From contig NC_068985.1 in assembly GCF_001194135.2 (NCBI RefSeq), positions 46,461,347 through 46,500,437 of the forward strand: a stretch of DNA of 39,091 bases, given 5' to 3'. The notes under the pieces are model-generated. The model had not been told where the DNA came from, did no database searches, and worked only from the letters and a program-made list of their open reading frames with translations. Within the stretch, counting starts at the first letter, position 1, and the number at the start of each line of letters is the position of its first letter. Positions 1-11,420 of this stretch are shown piece after piece. Source of the stretch: Octopus bimaculoides (taxonomy: Eukaryota). The position numbers and the translations under genes were made by a program.

Positions 1-239
1 AACAGTTTATACTCATGTTTTAGTTCTTAATGAAATTTTGCTTTAAAGTCATTCTCTTATATATATTATGTCTGTGTAGGTTTGGGGTGGGGTTCAAGAG
101 CTCAAGTTTCAGGAATTCTATTGAAAAGAAGTCTTTTGTATTGAATGGGAAGCTCCTTATTCATGGTTTGGTGTGTGTGTGTGTGTAGTTGGATAAATAG
201 ATATGTGTGTAAGTCTGTACATTTATTGATATATATGTA

Positions 240-247
240 GATATATT

Positions 248-305
<58 letters not shown>

Positions 306-605
306 CTGGAATGGGACAGTTTTGCCTTCATTGGTTGCCCAAATTAATGACATGGAGGAAAGTCCGATTTCTGAGTTAACCACTCTTTATCTAAAAGGAT
401 ACGGTCGGATACAAGCCTGCTATCTTAATGCTGTGTTTGTCTGCAGAAAGAAATCTCTGATGTTTGAAAGTAAATTCCTGGCAGCTAAACGAATGAATGA
501 CTATACAAGAAGTTGAAAATATTGGCTATTGATCTGAGAAAATGGTAGCACGAGAGGCTCTAACCTTCTTTCTGTCGCTATCTCTTCGTCAACCACTCTC
601 TTTAC

Positions 606-641
<36 letters not shown>

Positions 642-707
642 CCTGCCTTTTTGTTAACCCTCTGGTTTTCTCTCTCTCTCTTTGTATATATATATATTTA
701 CACACGC

Positions 708-738
<31 letters not shown>

Positions 739-740
739 TC
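240..740. repeat. (TG)n, (TA)n, (CT)n and (CA)n microsatellite tracts
   Basis: Read directly from the sequence. Confidence 0.9.
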
Positions 741-2264
741 TGTTTTATTCCCCGTTTCTTTCCTGTGTGTGTGTGTATGTATGCATATATTATTGTCCAA
801 ACAATTCAGTATTGATCAGAAGAAGAAAAAGTATGACCCTAGCTCTCTATCACCTTTCCCTTTAAGTCTCACTCCCTTTCTGTCTGTCTCTGTCTCTCTC
901 GTGTTCTTCTCTCCCTCTTTCTTATCTACTTTTTCCATCTATATATCTCATATACTGTCCAAACAATCCGTTATTGATCTGTCAAAGTGCATTGCTGTAC
1001 TTGAGTGCGTTTTGTTGCTGCATCGGTCGGACAACGTTTGTTTGACATTCAACAAGTGCTGAACCTCTTCACTTCTCATTGCCTACGCCACTCACGCCAC
1101 CTTTCTCATCATTTTCTCTTTCTCAGTCCCTCCCCGCACCTCCCCTTCCTGTGTATCCCTTATCTCTCACTCTCTCTCTCTCTGTATATATATCTTTCAT
1201 GTACACATTCCACAGACCAATACAAGCAATAGTTTACTCCATATCAGCAAGGCCCTTACAAATATTTCCATTAAGTAAAGCACTAGGCTCCACCAAGGGA
1301 CCACTTGCCTTATGTTAGTGTACAGTCGTTCTTAAGAGGCTCTTATTGCTGCACAGGCTCCCAACAATATCACTACTTGGAAGCTGATGTGTGTGTGTGT
1401 GTGTGCATGCACACAACACAAACACATACGTACATACAAACGCTAGTGTTTATATGTAGGATATCTCATATTGTTTGAGCTTGTATGGGTGAAAGTGGTG
1501 AGTGGTCGGTGGTTGAGATACTTGATGGATTTGGTTATAGTGGTGCTGAGTTGCATATGTAGCTGGTTTGGTTGTTTTCAGAAGTGTGAGGGTAAAAAAA
1601 AAATAATAATAATAAAATGAAAATAAAAATGAATAAAACAAAACAAAAATAATATTGGGAAAAAAAAAAAAAAGAAAGAATAGAAAAAATAAAATGTAAA
1701 GTAATGAACAAAGCAACAAAGAACAGCCGTAAACAAACAGTAAAAGACACCATCCTGCAGACATATTTACTTATTGAAGTGAAACACTTTACTGGATTCA
1801 ATCATATTTTCTTGTAAAACATAAAAAAATGGAATGAAAATAAATAAACCAAAACAAAAAAACAAAACTCCATAAATGGCTGTGGCTTAGCAAACAACAA
1901 GAACAACTACTATAATAACGGTGGTGGTGGTGGTGGTGGCAGCGGCAGCGGTAACAATAATAATAATAATAATAATGATGGTTGTAGTAGTAGTAGTAAA
2001 GTCAACCAAATAAAACAGTTTGTAACTTTTATCTCTGCAGTGAGAATAATCAATGTGTCCCTTGGCCTTTAGACATAGTTCACTCTGTTAAGAAAGTTGG
2101 GTGAATGAAAGAGAACAAACCTATCACTGAAATAGTTTTAGAATCAATGTGGTGTTGTGGTATACATGCATGGTCCACTGGTTGGTGTCGGAGATTGCTT
2201 GTTCTTTGAAGCCTCTTACTGGTTATCCATGAAGCAATATATTTATATACATTGTCTCTGGCAT

Positions 2265-2651
2265 TTGTTGTTGTTGGCACTCCGTTGCTTACGATGTCGA
2301 GGGTTCCAGTTGATCCGATCAACGGAACAGCCTGCTCGTGAAATTAACGTGCAATTGGCTGAGCACTCCACAGACACGTATACCCTTAACGTAGTTCTCG
2401 GGGAGATTCAGCGTGACAGTGTGACAAAGCTGACCCTTCAAATTACAGGCACAACAATAACAGGAAGTAAGAGTGAGAGAAAGTTGTGGTGAAAGAGTAC
2501 AGCAGGGTTCGCCACCATCCCCTGCCAGAGCCTCGTGGAGCTTTAGGTGTTTTCGCTCAATAAACACTCACAACGCCCGGTCTGGGAATCGAAACCGCGA
2601 TCCTATGACCGCGAGTCCGCTGCCCTAACCACTGGGCCATTGCGCCTCCAC
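2265..2651 (-). mobile_element. tRNA-derived SINE, family C, full length with 12-bp TSD
   Basis: On the minus strand it starts GTGGAGGCGCAATGGCCCAGTGGTTAGG (A-box-like), then GTTTCGATTCCC (B-box-like), and ends in a (CAA)n tail. The flanks are an exact direct repeat TGTCTCTGGCAT (2253-2264, 2652-2663). A second copy is at 34671-35039. Confidence 0.9.
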
Positions 2652-3030
2652 TGTCTCTGGCATAAACAGTTGACAAAGGACATTCTATGAAGTTGTTTGA
2701 CCTACTAGAATTAGCAACCAAACTGCACCCTGTTTCTGATATACTGAGTAATTCAATAGTCCCAATTGAAGCACCTTTTATCATGGATCTGCTCCGACAG
2801 GGTTGGTCTGAAGCCAAAGAGCATGCTCTTTGATCATTAAACCAATGAGGTGGTGGGGCTTCTAATATTTGATATGATGGAAATAGTTCTAAGTTTCCAT
2901 TGGGTCACACCCTGTCATCTCTAAAATGAAGGTTAAAGTAAATTTAAAAGTATTACAGTTAAAAACAACACAATTATAGCCATAGCTAGAATGACTTTCA
3001 TTGAAGATTTAATATCATCATAATTGATGT

Positions 3031-3248
3031 GGTGGTGAGCTGACAGAATTGTTAGCACACCAGGCAAAATGCATTGTGGCATTTCTTCTGTCTTTACATT
3101 CTGAGTTCAAATGTTGCTGAGGTCAACTTTGCCTTCCATTCTTTTGGGGTGAATAAAATAAGTACGAGTTGTGTACTGGAGATGGTGTAATCAATTTATC
3201 CCCCTCCCCCAAGGTTGCTGGCCTTGTGCCAAAATTTGTAATCAATAT
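3031..3248 (+). mobile_element. SINE family B
   Basis: GGTGGTGAGCTGACAGAATTGTTAGC...CTGAGTTCAAAT...GAGGTCAACTTTGCCTTCCATTCTTTTGGGGT...GGCCTTGTGCCAAAATTTG; at least eight related copies in the window. Confidence 0.85.
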
Positions 3249-3456
3249 TATCATATTTGACTTGAGACTAAACAGCAACAGCCACTACACTCAATTTTTG
3301 TTTGGTTTAAACAAATATTAAGTAATGACCTCCATATTGATGAAGGTAATCAAAATGCTTTTCTTGCAACAACTATTTTTGTTTTTGGTTTTAGGGTGTA
3401 TATTCCAACTCTCTCCTAAAATTTATTCCCTAATAGAATAATTGGTATTTATTTTA

Positions 3457-3974
3457 NNNNNNNNNNNNNNNNNNNNNNNNNNNNNNNNNNNNNNNNNNNN
3501 NNNNNNNNNNNNNNNNNNNNNNNNNNNNNNNNNNNNNNNNNNNNNNNNNNNNNNNNNNNNNNNNNNNNNNNNNNNNNNNNNNNNNNNNNNNNNNNNNNNN
3601 NNNNNNNNNNNNNNNNNNNNNNNNNNNNNNNNNNNNNNNNNNNNNNNNNNNNNNNNNNNNNNNNNNNNNNNNNNNNNNNNNNNNNNNNNNNNNNNNNNNN
3701 NNNNNNNNNNNNNNNNNNNNNNNNNNNNNNNNNNNNNNNNNNNNNNNNNNNNNNNNNNNNNNNNNNNNNNNNNNNNNNNNNNNNNNNNNNNNNNNNNNNN
3801 NNNNNNNNNNNNNNNNNNNNNNNNNNNNNNNNNNNNNNNNNNNNNNNNNNNNNNNNNNNNNNNNNNNNNNNNNNNNNNNNNNNNNNNNNNNNNNNNNNNN
3901 NNNNNNNNNNNNNNNNNNNNNNNNNNNNNNNNNNNNNNNNNNNNNNNNNNNNNNNNNNNNNNNNNNNNNNNNNN
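3457..3974. other. Assembly gap (N run)
   Basis: Other N runs: 4820-4929, 20912-21200, 32535-32547, 34000-34670. Confidence 1.
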
Positions 3975-4190
3975 TACACCCTTGCACATTGCCACCATCT
4001 CTCTTACTGCCTCTCACTATCTCTCTCTCTCTCTCTCTCTCTCACCGGGGTAACCATGTATCTCCACTACAGCAAGACACCTGTTTCTGGCCTTCTATCA
4101 TGTTGTGACCTCTCATCACCTGGCACAAAGCTACTTCTTCAATGCCACCCACCTCTCAAAAGATCTCTGTACTGCAAGGTACTTAGTAAT

Positions 4191-4275
4191 TGTGCTGGTG
4201 CTGGTGCCACATAAAAAGCATCCAGTCAAATCTGTGAAGTGGTCGGCATTTGGAAGGGCATCCAGCCATAAAAAA
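4191..4275 (+). mobile_element. Interspersed repeat family F, fragment
   Basis: Matches 29571-29700. Confidence 0.65.
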
Positions 4276-4435
4276 TTAAGTGATGATGTATATCCATTCC
4301 AGACATGACTATTTCGTACAGATGTGTAAACTTTAAACAAAAGCAAATGAAGCACACTGCTCTGAAACATTCACTGCATTTGGGTCCTGCAAACAGAACC
4401 CAAATTCAGTGACTGCAGAAACCCAGCAAGAATTA

Positions 4436-4680
4436 AGATGTAAGTGTGTGGATGATTTCTCCTCTAAAGGGCTGAGCTTGTTAGTCATCTTAAGTCACAT
4501 GAGCCACTGAGAAACCAAACTACCTGTTAGATGGGTCTACTGCCAAGCACATTACTGTACATTTGTACTGTAAAGGAAAATAAGTGTCACATCTGTGAAC
4601 GTTCCTGCAGAACGAAAGCTGGGATATAAAGCAACCTGTATGCACATGGTGGTGCAATATTCAGTGACGTGATGTCTCTC
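4436..4680 (+). pseudogene. Decayed C2H2 zinc-finger coding remnant, probably the 3' end of an RTE/BovB-type LINE ORF
   Basis: 4582-4647 translates KCHICERSCRTKAGI*SNLYAH = C-x2-C-x12-(N for H)-x3-H with an in-frame stop. A weaker finger-like stretch lies at ~4436-4510. The LINE assignment is inference from the C..C...C.(T/S).AG..SH.R.H style of RTE C-termini. Confidence 0.45.
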
Positions 4681-4734
4681 TCAGGACAAGAAGTAGCAAT
4701 CAGCACAAATAATATATATATATATATATATATA

Positions 4735-5310
4735 CTCAGGACCATGGGGTTACAAACCAAACTCATTAACCACATGTGTGTGTGTGTGTGTCTATATATA
4801 TATATATATGTGTGTCTATNNNNNNNNNNNNNNNNNNNNNNNNNNNNNNNNNNNNNNNNNNNNNNNNNNNNNNNNNNNNNNNNNNNNNNNNNNNNNNNNN
4901 NNNNNNNNNNNNNNNNNNNNNNNNNNNNNTAATAAATGAGTATATGCATATATACGTACAAATATGTGCATACCTACATCTACCTGTATATATAGGTGCA
5001 TATCTGGGTACAGGACGTTGTAAACAAAACGTAGACAAAAAAATAATAATAACCAGAGTACAGAAAACACACAGGCCACATAGAGAACATTTCCCTTCAT
5101 CAGCTGCCACCATTCTAACACAGGCGTTTCGAAGAGTTAGGGCAGGACGCATCGTTAAAATGGCTCTTCCCACAGACCACAAACTAAATTTTTTCCCCCA
5201 AATTAAATTTGTACCATGCAGACAGAGAGAGAGAGAGAGAGAGACACGCACACACACACACACACACACATGTGGTTACTAAGTTTGCTTTCTAACCCCA
5301 TGGTCCTCAG
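4735..5310. repeat. 46-bp inverted repeat pair (4735-4780 / 5265-5310)
   Basis: 41/46 identity between the left arm's reverse complement and the right arm, extended inward by (TG)n/(CA)n. Confidence 0.75.
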
Positions 5311-5980
5311 TTCCATCCAATGCACAAAATTTGTTGACAGAAATTTGTGGAAAGTTTGTTGTGTATAATGTGTGTATATGCAGTGTGAATGCACAAGTTT
5401 TATTTTCCATGTGTTTGCATTGATATGATTTGTGTGATGTTGATGTTATGGTTATGATCTCCCATAGATTATTTCCTGTAACTTGTTAGCTTAGATATTT
5501 AGTTATAGAATTCTGCTTCAGTAAGTCTTATCCAACCCATGCCTGTCTGGATAAGTGGATGTAAAAACAGTGACAGCAGTAGTGATGATGTGTATATAGT
5601 AGCAACCATAAACCTGGATAAATTTTCATATATGAACATTAAAACATTTCAAATTACATGTTGTGTAATATCTATCTCATTTGTTTAGCTTTGAGCCAAT
5701 GTCAAACAGGAAGAGAGTAAAGTGCTTCCATCTTGATGTAGTTTTTAGAAGCAAGAGTTAGATTAAACAAATTAAAACTGCAAATGACATTAACAATGTC
5801 TATTAATTTTATAGAAAAGTATAAATGCTGTGTTAATGACTGATTAGTAACATTGGACTAATTAATCAGTTTCTCTGTTTTGATTTTCGAGTTTTAAGTT
5901 CAAATCCTTTCATTGTTGATTGTCGAGAGTTTGATTTTCTTAAGACTAAAGAATTAAGTACCTAAAAACAAATATGTAGT

Positions 5981-6193
5981 TTAACTCTTTAGCATTCACG
6001 TTTCTCCACCAAATGTAATGCTTATTTATTCACATTATTTAAAAATTTTTCTTGTAGCCTTGAGATTTCGATGATTTGATTGTTTATTTTTAGATTAACA
6101 TTGTAGGTTTGGTGTGAGAGGCTGGATCTGGCCTGCTTTTTTACATTAAAATATTTTGGTCAGATTTAGCCAGTTTAAATGCTAAAGGGTTAA
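5981..6193. mobile_element. piggyBac-type (TTAA) MITE
   Basis: TTAA-CTCTTTAGCATT ... AATGCTAAAGGG-TTAA; TTAA on both sides; the internal sequence is shared with 12475-12702 and 22380-22579. Confidence 0.8.
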
Positions 6194-6707
6194 AACAACA
6201 ACCCCAAACCCAACTATGTGACTGTACTAAAACTGCCAATCATGTCACAGAATGTCATCCACTACTCTAAGTCATTGGTTCTTGACCGGGGTCCATATAA
6301 GATTTTGTTGTTAAAATTTATGTGCAATAAATTGGTTGTTTCCACAATACACAGAATATTCTAACATTTTTTAAATACAGTTCTTAATACTTTATCTTAA
6401 AAATATGATTGGAGTTTTTAGACTTCAAATAGCTATGAAACTCCCCTCTTCACAGGAATCAAATGTAGTAAAAAATGGTTGAGAATCACCATTCTAAATC
6501 TATTCAAAACTGGAATTATTCAATGACTGCAATAATAACAACTAAGTCAGTGAATGGTTTTCTTGAGATTTCTTGTATTTGTAGCTATATCTTGAATTCT
6601 GTCATGTAAAAATTATCTTTACATTGAATCAATTTTATTTGTCAGTATTATTTTTTATAACCTGCTCATGACTGCAAATATTTTCACAGTTTTTGTTTTT
6701 ATTTCAG

Positions 6708-6770
6708 GTTGAGAGTGAAAGTATTGCTGCCAAAGATGGTCGAATCCACCCTGGGGATCAAATTCTGCAG
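6708..6770 (+). CDS. PDZRN3: PDZRN3/PDZRN4 (LNX3/4, Slip1-like) ortholog, internal coding exon; middle of PDZ domain (VESESIAAKDGRIHPGDQILQ)
   Basis: 63-nt exon between a T-rich acceptor (ttttatttcag) and a gt donor. The translation has the PDZ alphaA/betaD signature (xSIAAKDGRIxxGDQILQ) and joins in frame to the next exon. Not in the ORF track. The invertebrate gene is co-orthologous to vertebrate PDZRN3 and PDZRN4. Confidence 0.9.
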
Positions 6771-7289
6771 GTATTTCTTTTTTTTCAATTATTTCCTTTA
6801 TTGGTTAATTTTATATCCCCTGAAATATTGCAATTTCTTACTTAAACCAACGGAGGAGTCTCCTCTATTTGGTTCTTTGACCTGCTAAACTCAGCAGCAA
6901 AAATCTGCCTTAAATCACAGCCCATTGTCATAAAAGAGGAAATACACTTTAGATAATGTGGTTCTCAATAGGCTTAAAATGTCAGGATGGCTGAAGCACC
7001 TTTGGCATAAGTATTGTTCATTCTGTGCTAACCCAGGCCTGAACAACAATAGAATCAATGTTTTACGTAACCAATATGAATGATGATAGCTAAGATTCTT
7101 TAGGTCAAAAGAGTTTTTCAGATAATATATAGAAGCACATACAATCATTGATATAATTCTTAGACAGAGCATCTAAAAATACCAAATCCAATATCGTCAG
7201 TTATAAATAAAATTTAAAAAATCCTTTTACAGCATCTCTTAATGTCTGCTGACTCATTTAGAATTTAAATTCATAATGAAACATCTGTA

Positions 7290-7410
7290 CAGGCTTAGTC
7301 GTATGGTTAAAAAGTTGGTTTCATAACCAACAGGTTTGAAGTTTGATCATATTGTGTGATACCTTGAGCAGGTGTTTTCTGTAATGGTTTTCAGTTGATC
7401 CAGTAGTTAA
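7290..7410 (+). mobile_element. SINE family A-like, old 5' fragment
   Basis: GTATGGTTAAAAAGTTGGTTTCATAACC...ACCTTGAGCAGGTGTTTTCT resembles the family A head. Confidence 0.45.
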
Positions 7411-8530
7411 AGTTGCAGAGAGAGAGAGAGAGAGTGATAGTGCATCAAGTTATATCCTTATATGTGAAAAAGATATATAAAACTTAACCATTCAATAAAA
7501 TGCAATTGATAAAAAAAAATCTTGAAATTGGTGCTCTAGCATGGCCATGATCCATTTACTGAAGGTAGGGATGAAAGAAACATTGTGTTAAAGTTATGAA
7601 CTACAAATTCTATTTCGTTATTGTTTTCAGTCTGTGCTGCTTTGGCTGTGAATTTAACCCACCCTTCATGATTTAGCTCATAAGTAGCTAATCTTCTGCA
7701 TAAAATATATTCAACAACAATGTAAGGATCCTAGTTGAGCCTATATTAAACAAGGGTCTCACTTCAGTTGGAACTAAAACTTGAGCTATGGTGCTGTGAA
7801 GAGACAAAATAACTGACATTTCAAGCAGAGCCTTTTTTCAAAACAATTTGATATTTCCTCTCTCATTATTACACTTAGTTTAATTTCCCCTCACAACAGT
7901 GTTTTGTTGGTACATTTATCCATTTCCTGGTTTCACATTCCTTGTCCTTTCCTTTATTTACTATTCCAATAGAAGCTGCAAGTGATTATACAAATTTCTT
8001 GCTATCTACAGTGATTTTCCCCCAAGAGTTCATAGTGGTATTTGGGCCATGATAGTCTAGCCTGCAAGTCATCTTTAGTGGTACAAGTAGTCAGGAGTGT
8101 TTATTATTAGTGTATAGCGTAACTGATGTTACAAGTAATGTCGAGATAGATTTCATGATTATTCAGGGCAAGTACAGAGTGGAAAAGAAAGGCAAAGAAT
8201 GTGTACAGGGAAGGAAGAGTGAATAAAATAAATACACTGATAAGTTACACAAAAAGAAACCCAGCTTGTATAAACATGAGAATATCAACTGTCACATACA
8301 CATACACACATATATGACAGAAGAGCCTTTATATAAGCATATGTGGAAGGAAAGATGACAGCTAAAATATACTCCACCAATGTGAGAATGAAAGATGGAA
8401 CCAGATATAGGGATTTAATGTGGAATCTCCTTTCTGTGAGTGTAGGACTGTCATGCGCTTGATTAATGTCCATTATTGGATTCACTTTATTGTTTGAAGT
8501 ATTGAGAAATAACAAATTTTTTTTAAAAGT

Positions 8531-8579
8531 GCAAGATTGTGTTTTTTTAAAAATGCAAGATTGTGTTTTTTTAAAAAAT
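8531..8579. repeat. Tandem duplication of a ~24-bp unit GCAAGATTGTGTTTTTTTAAAAAT
   Basis: Two adjacent near-identical units plus a partial unit upstream. Confidence 0.85.
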
Positions 8580-8629
8580 GTGGAAAAATTTGATACAAAT
8601 GCAAAATAAGGTTTCTGGTTTAGGTACAA

Positions 8630-8745
8630 GGCCAGTAGTTTTGATGGACGAGATTACTAGATTAAATTGATACCCTTGAATTGTTCTTCATTTTATTGAC
8701 CTTGGAAGGATGAATAGTAAAGCTGATGTAGATGGGAGTTGGTTT
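8630..8745 (-). mobile_element. SINE family B, old fragment
   Basis: GTACAAGGCCAG...TTTTATTGACCTTGGAAGGATGAATAGTAAAG matches the minus-strand family B 3' half. Confidence 0.55.
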
Positions 8746-9153
8746 CATAATATGAAAGGTTACAGTTACTCATGAATTTCACCCTTCAGATTTATTCCAA
8801 CTTCCAATTCACACACGCACGCACACATTTCTAATTGTAAAATATCATACAAAAAAAGTGACATTTACAACCACAAACATTGGTGCAGTTCTCTATTGCT
8901 GTGTGTACCAGATGACAAAGAGCTATGCCACTCAGTTAGTCACCGTGACCCTTCAACCCAAACCAGCAGTGGAGAATAGATGTTACACCCCATTATGGTC
9001 CAGTGATTAAATTAACAGACATTTGTACAAACATTCTTTTGGGAAATGTTTTTTCTTTAAAACAATGTAGATATGCATACACTTAACACTTGCATAAAAT
9101 ATAAATTGGGAGCATTCAATCAATCAGTTTGCCAATATATTTTCTGTTGTTTG

Positions 9154-9348
9154 GGTGGTGAGCTGGCAAATGCTTAGTGGCTTTTTAGACTGTCTTTATG
9201 TTCTGAGTTCATATTCCACTGAGGTCAACTTTGTCTTTCATCCTTTTGGGGTTCATAAAATAAGTACCAGTTGAACACTGGGATCGATGTAATTGACTTA
9301 ACATTTCCCCTGAAATTACTGGCCTTGTGCCAAAATTTGAAATCAATA
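9154..9348 (+). mobile_element. SINE family B (short deletion in head)
   Basis: Colinear with 3031-3248. Confidence 0.85.
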
Positions 9349-10211
9349 TATTTGCTATTATAATATCAAAAATGTATTCCTCTTGAGCATAATGTATCAA
9401 CACATATCCTGGATACACATGTTGCCTTTCCAAGAACTCTGAAGTGATGACATTCTACTAGCCCCTCTTGGATTGTTTTGTTTTGTTTTAGCTATTTGGT
9501 ATTTCTGTTTTACAAATTTCATTTTTGGAATGTCAACTGAGGGGGATTTGGTAACTATTTCTAGCAGTTTGAGTGATTATATAACGGCCATATAGTTGGC
9601 TCATTTTCAAAAGTTTGACCTAATAAGTGGTGTAGAATGTTTTTAGTCCAGGAAGATAGGGGTTATCCTTTCATACATATGTGGATGAAACTTCAATATA
9701 TTCCTAGCATGGTCTATGTATTAATGTATAGAGAAGGTTTTTGTATATGTGTATGCAAGAGTGTGTGTGTGTGTGAGTTATCACTGTATGTGTTTACAAT
9801 ATTCTAGACATATGAAATGAAACCTATACATCTTATGTGTCACTAACGAGAACAGCTATATCTTATAACATGTTACATAAAGTTATGTACACATTTATAT
9901 ACTCAAGTGTATATATGCACACATACCCACTCACGTGTTAAGTGCACAAGAGCTAAACATAATATATGTACGTACACTCATTCACATTTACTTGTCTTAC
10001 CCCTCCCCGATATGCATACATGCACCTCAGCGGCTTCCTAGATCTACTAACATAAATGTGCATATTTGTTGCAACATCATGTAAATGTTCTTTGCTGTCT
10101 GATATGAGAAGATCCAAATGTGAGTGTGCATGTGTGTGTATGTATGTGTGTGTATTATATTTATAAATTGTCAGTAGTTCATATATCCCAAAAAGAAGCA
10201 CACTCTGAAGC

Positions 10212-10315
10212 ATATATATATATATGTGTGTGTGCATACACACACATGTATATATATATATATATATGTGCATACACACACATATATATATATATATATA
10301 TATGTGCATACACAC

Positions 10316-10380
<65 letters not shown>
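10212..10380. repeat. Compound (TA)n/(TG)n/(CA)n microsatellite with three higher-order units
   Basis: (TA)n-TGTGCATACACACA-(TA)n occurs three times, followed by (TG)n. Confidence 0.9.
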
Positions 10381-10383
<3 letters not shown>

Positions 10384-11274
10384 AAATATATCAACATTCA
10401 AATAAATGTGTGTGTATGTCTGTGCTTGCACACACATACACACAAGGGAGCTTGGAGTGAAAGAACTAGAGGTTTCTTTTAACACCAAGCAATATAATGG
10501 CAATCATTGTATACTTTTGTAGTTTTCCTTTTTAGACAGCACCATCAATTAGTGTCAAAGAAGCAAACTGGTAAAAATGCTTTAAGCACATCAAAGTGGG
10601 ACTAGTTCTAGTGACTATATTAAACAGACCAGGCAGTGAAATTTTTCAAACGAATCCTGCAACTCTACTGGTTAAATTGATACTGCTTGCAGATCTATTT
10701 TTATTGGTACTCCCCATATCACTACTCCCTGTACCTCTGCCTTTTAAATCGATAATTGTTGCAATTCTGCTGTTGGAATTTATACTTTCTCCAACTCGTT
10801 TCTACAGACACTCACCATAACTCTTACTATCACTCCAGTCTTATCCACCCTATATTTTTACTCTTGCCCTTTTCCCAACCAAGATCATTTCTGCAATCAC
10901 CTTTCCTTCTACCCATTTTTTTTCAAACACATTGTCCTGAATGCACAGTGACATTATAGAGTAGTGAGAATCCCTTCTGCGTTGCAAGGTAAAAAGTAAC
11001 CTTACTATACTGGTGACTCAATAAAATGCTCCAATTTACATTTTATAAAATGTTTATTATAAGCTGATATTATTATTGTAGAATCTCAGATTAGAATAAA
11101 AACATCTGGGCTTCAAAGTGTTTATTTGTTTTCCAAGTTTAGTCTTATGTGATAATTCCAAGTGATTACTTTTTGAATTTACATTGACACAATCTCTTAT
11201 GATTGACACATCTGCTTGTGGCATTTATCCTTTGTTGATCAAATAACAATTGACACAATGTTTAAGTATATAAC

Positions 11275-11420
11275 GATGTGGTTAAGAAGTTTGCTCAGCA
11301 ATCATATTGTTCAGAGTTTGTTCCTACTGCATAGCACCTTGGGCAATTATCTCCTATCATTGTCCTAGGTTGACCTATGCCTTGATAAGTGAAATTTACT
11401 AGATAGAAACTATGCACAGA
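11275..11420 (+). mobile_element. SINE family A-like, old 5' fragment
   Basis: GTGGTTAAGAAGTTTGCT...GCACCTTGGGCAA...GAAATTTACTAGATAGAAACT aligns by eye to the family A head and middle. Confidence 0.55.

Noticed and set aside
247-516. Non-repetitive ORF tail as a candidate upstream PDZRN exon
   Set aside because: No PDZ or RING similarity and no convincing splice pair in frame.
102-1318. ORFs rich in YI/HT/VC/SL dipeptides (also 9953-10503, 20770-22000, 25136-25482, 32427-33843)
   Set aside because: They are translations of (TA)n, (CA)n, (TG)n and (CT)n microsatellites.
3423-4053. Long ORFs spanning N-gaps (also 4587-5282, 20770-21293, 33981-34778)
   Set aside because: They are open only because N codons cannot be stops.
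9832-9880. Possible third hammerhead (CTAACGAG...AACATGTT palindrome)
   Set aside because: The core needs several substitutions, there is no GAAA and stems I and II do not fit in register.
10590-10960. Possible old LINE endonuclease remnant on the minus strand
   Set aside because: Only faint resemblance to endonuclease motifs; no convincing run of conserved residues.
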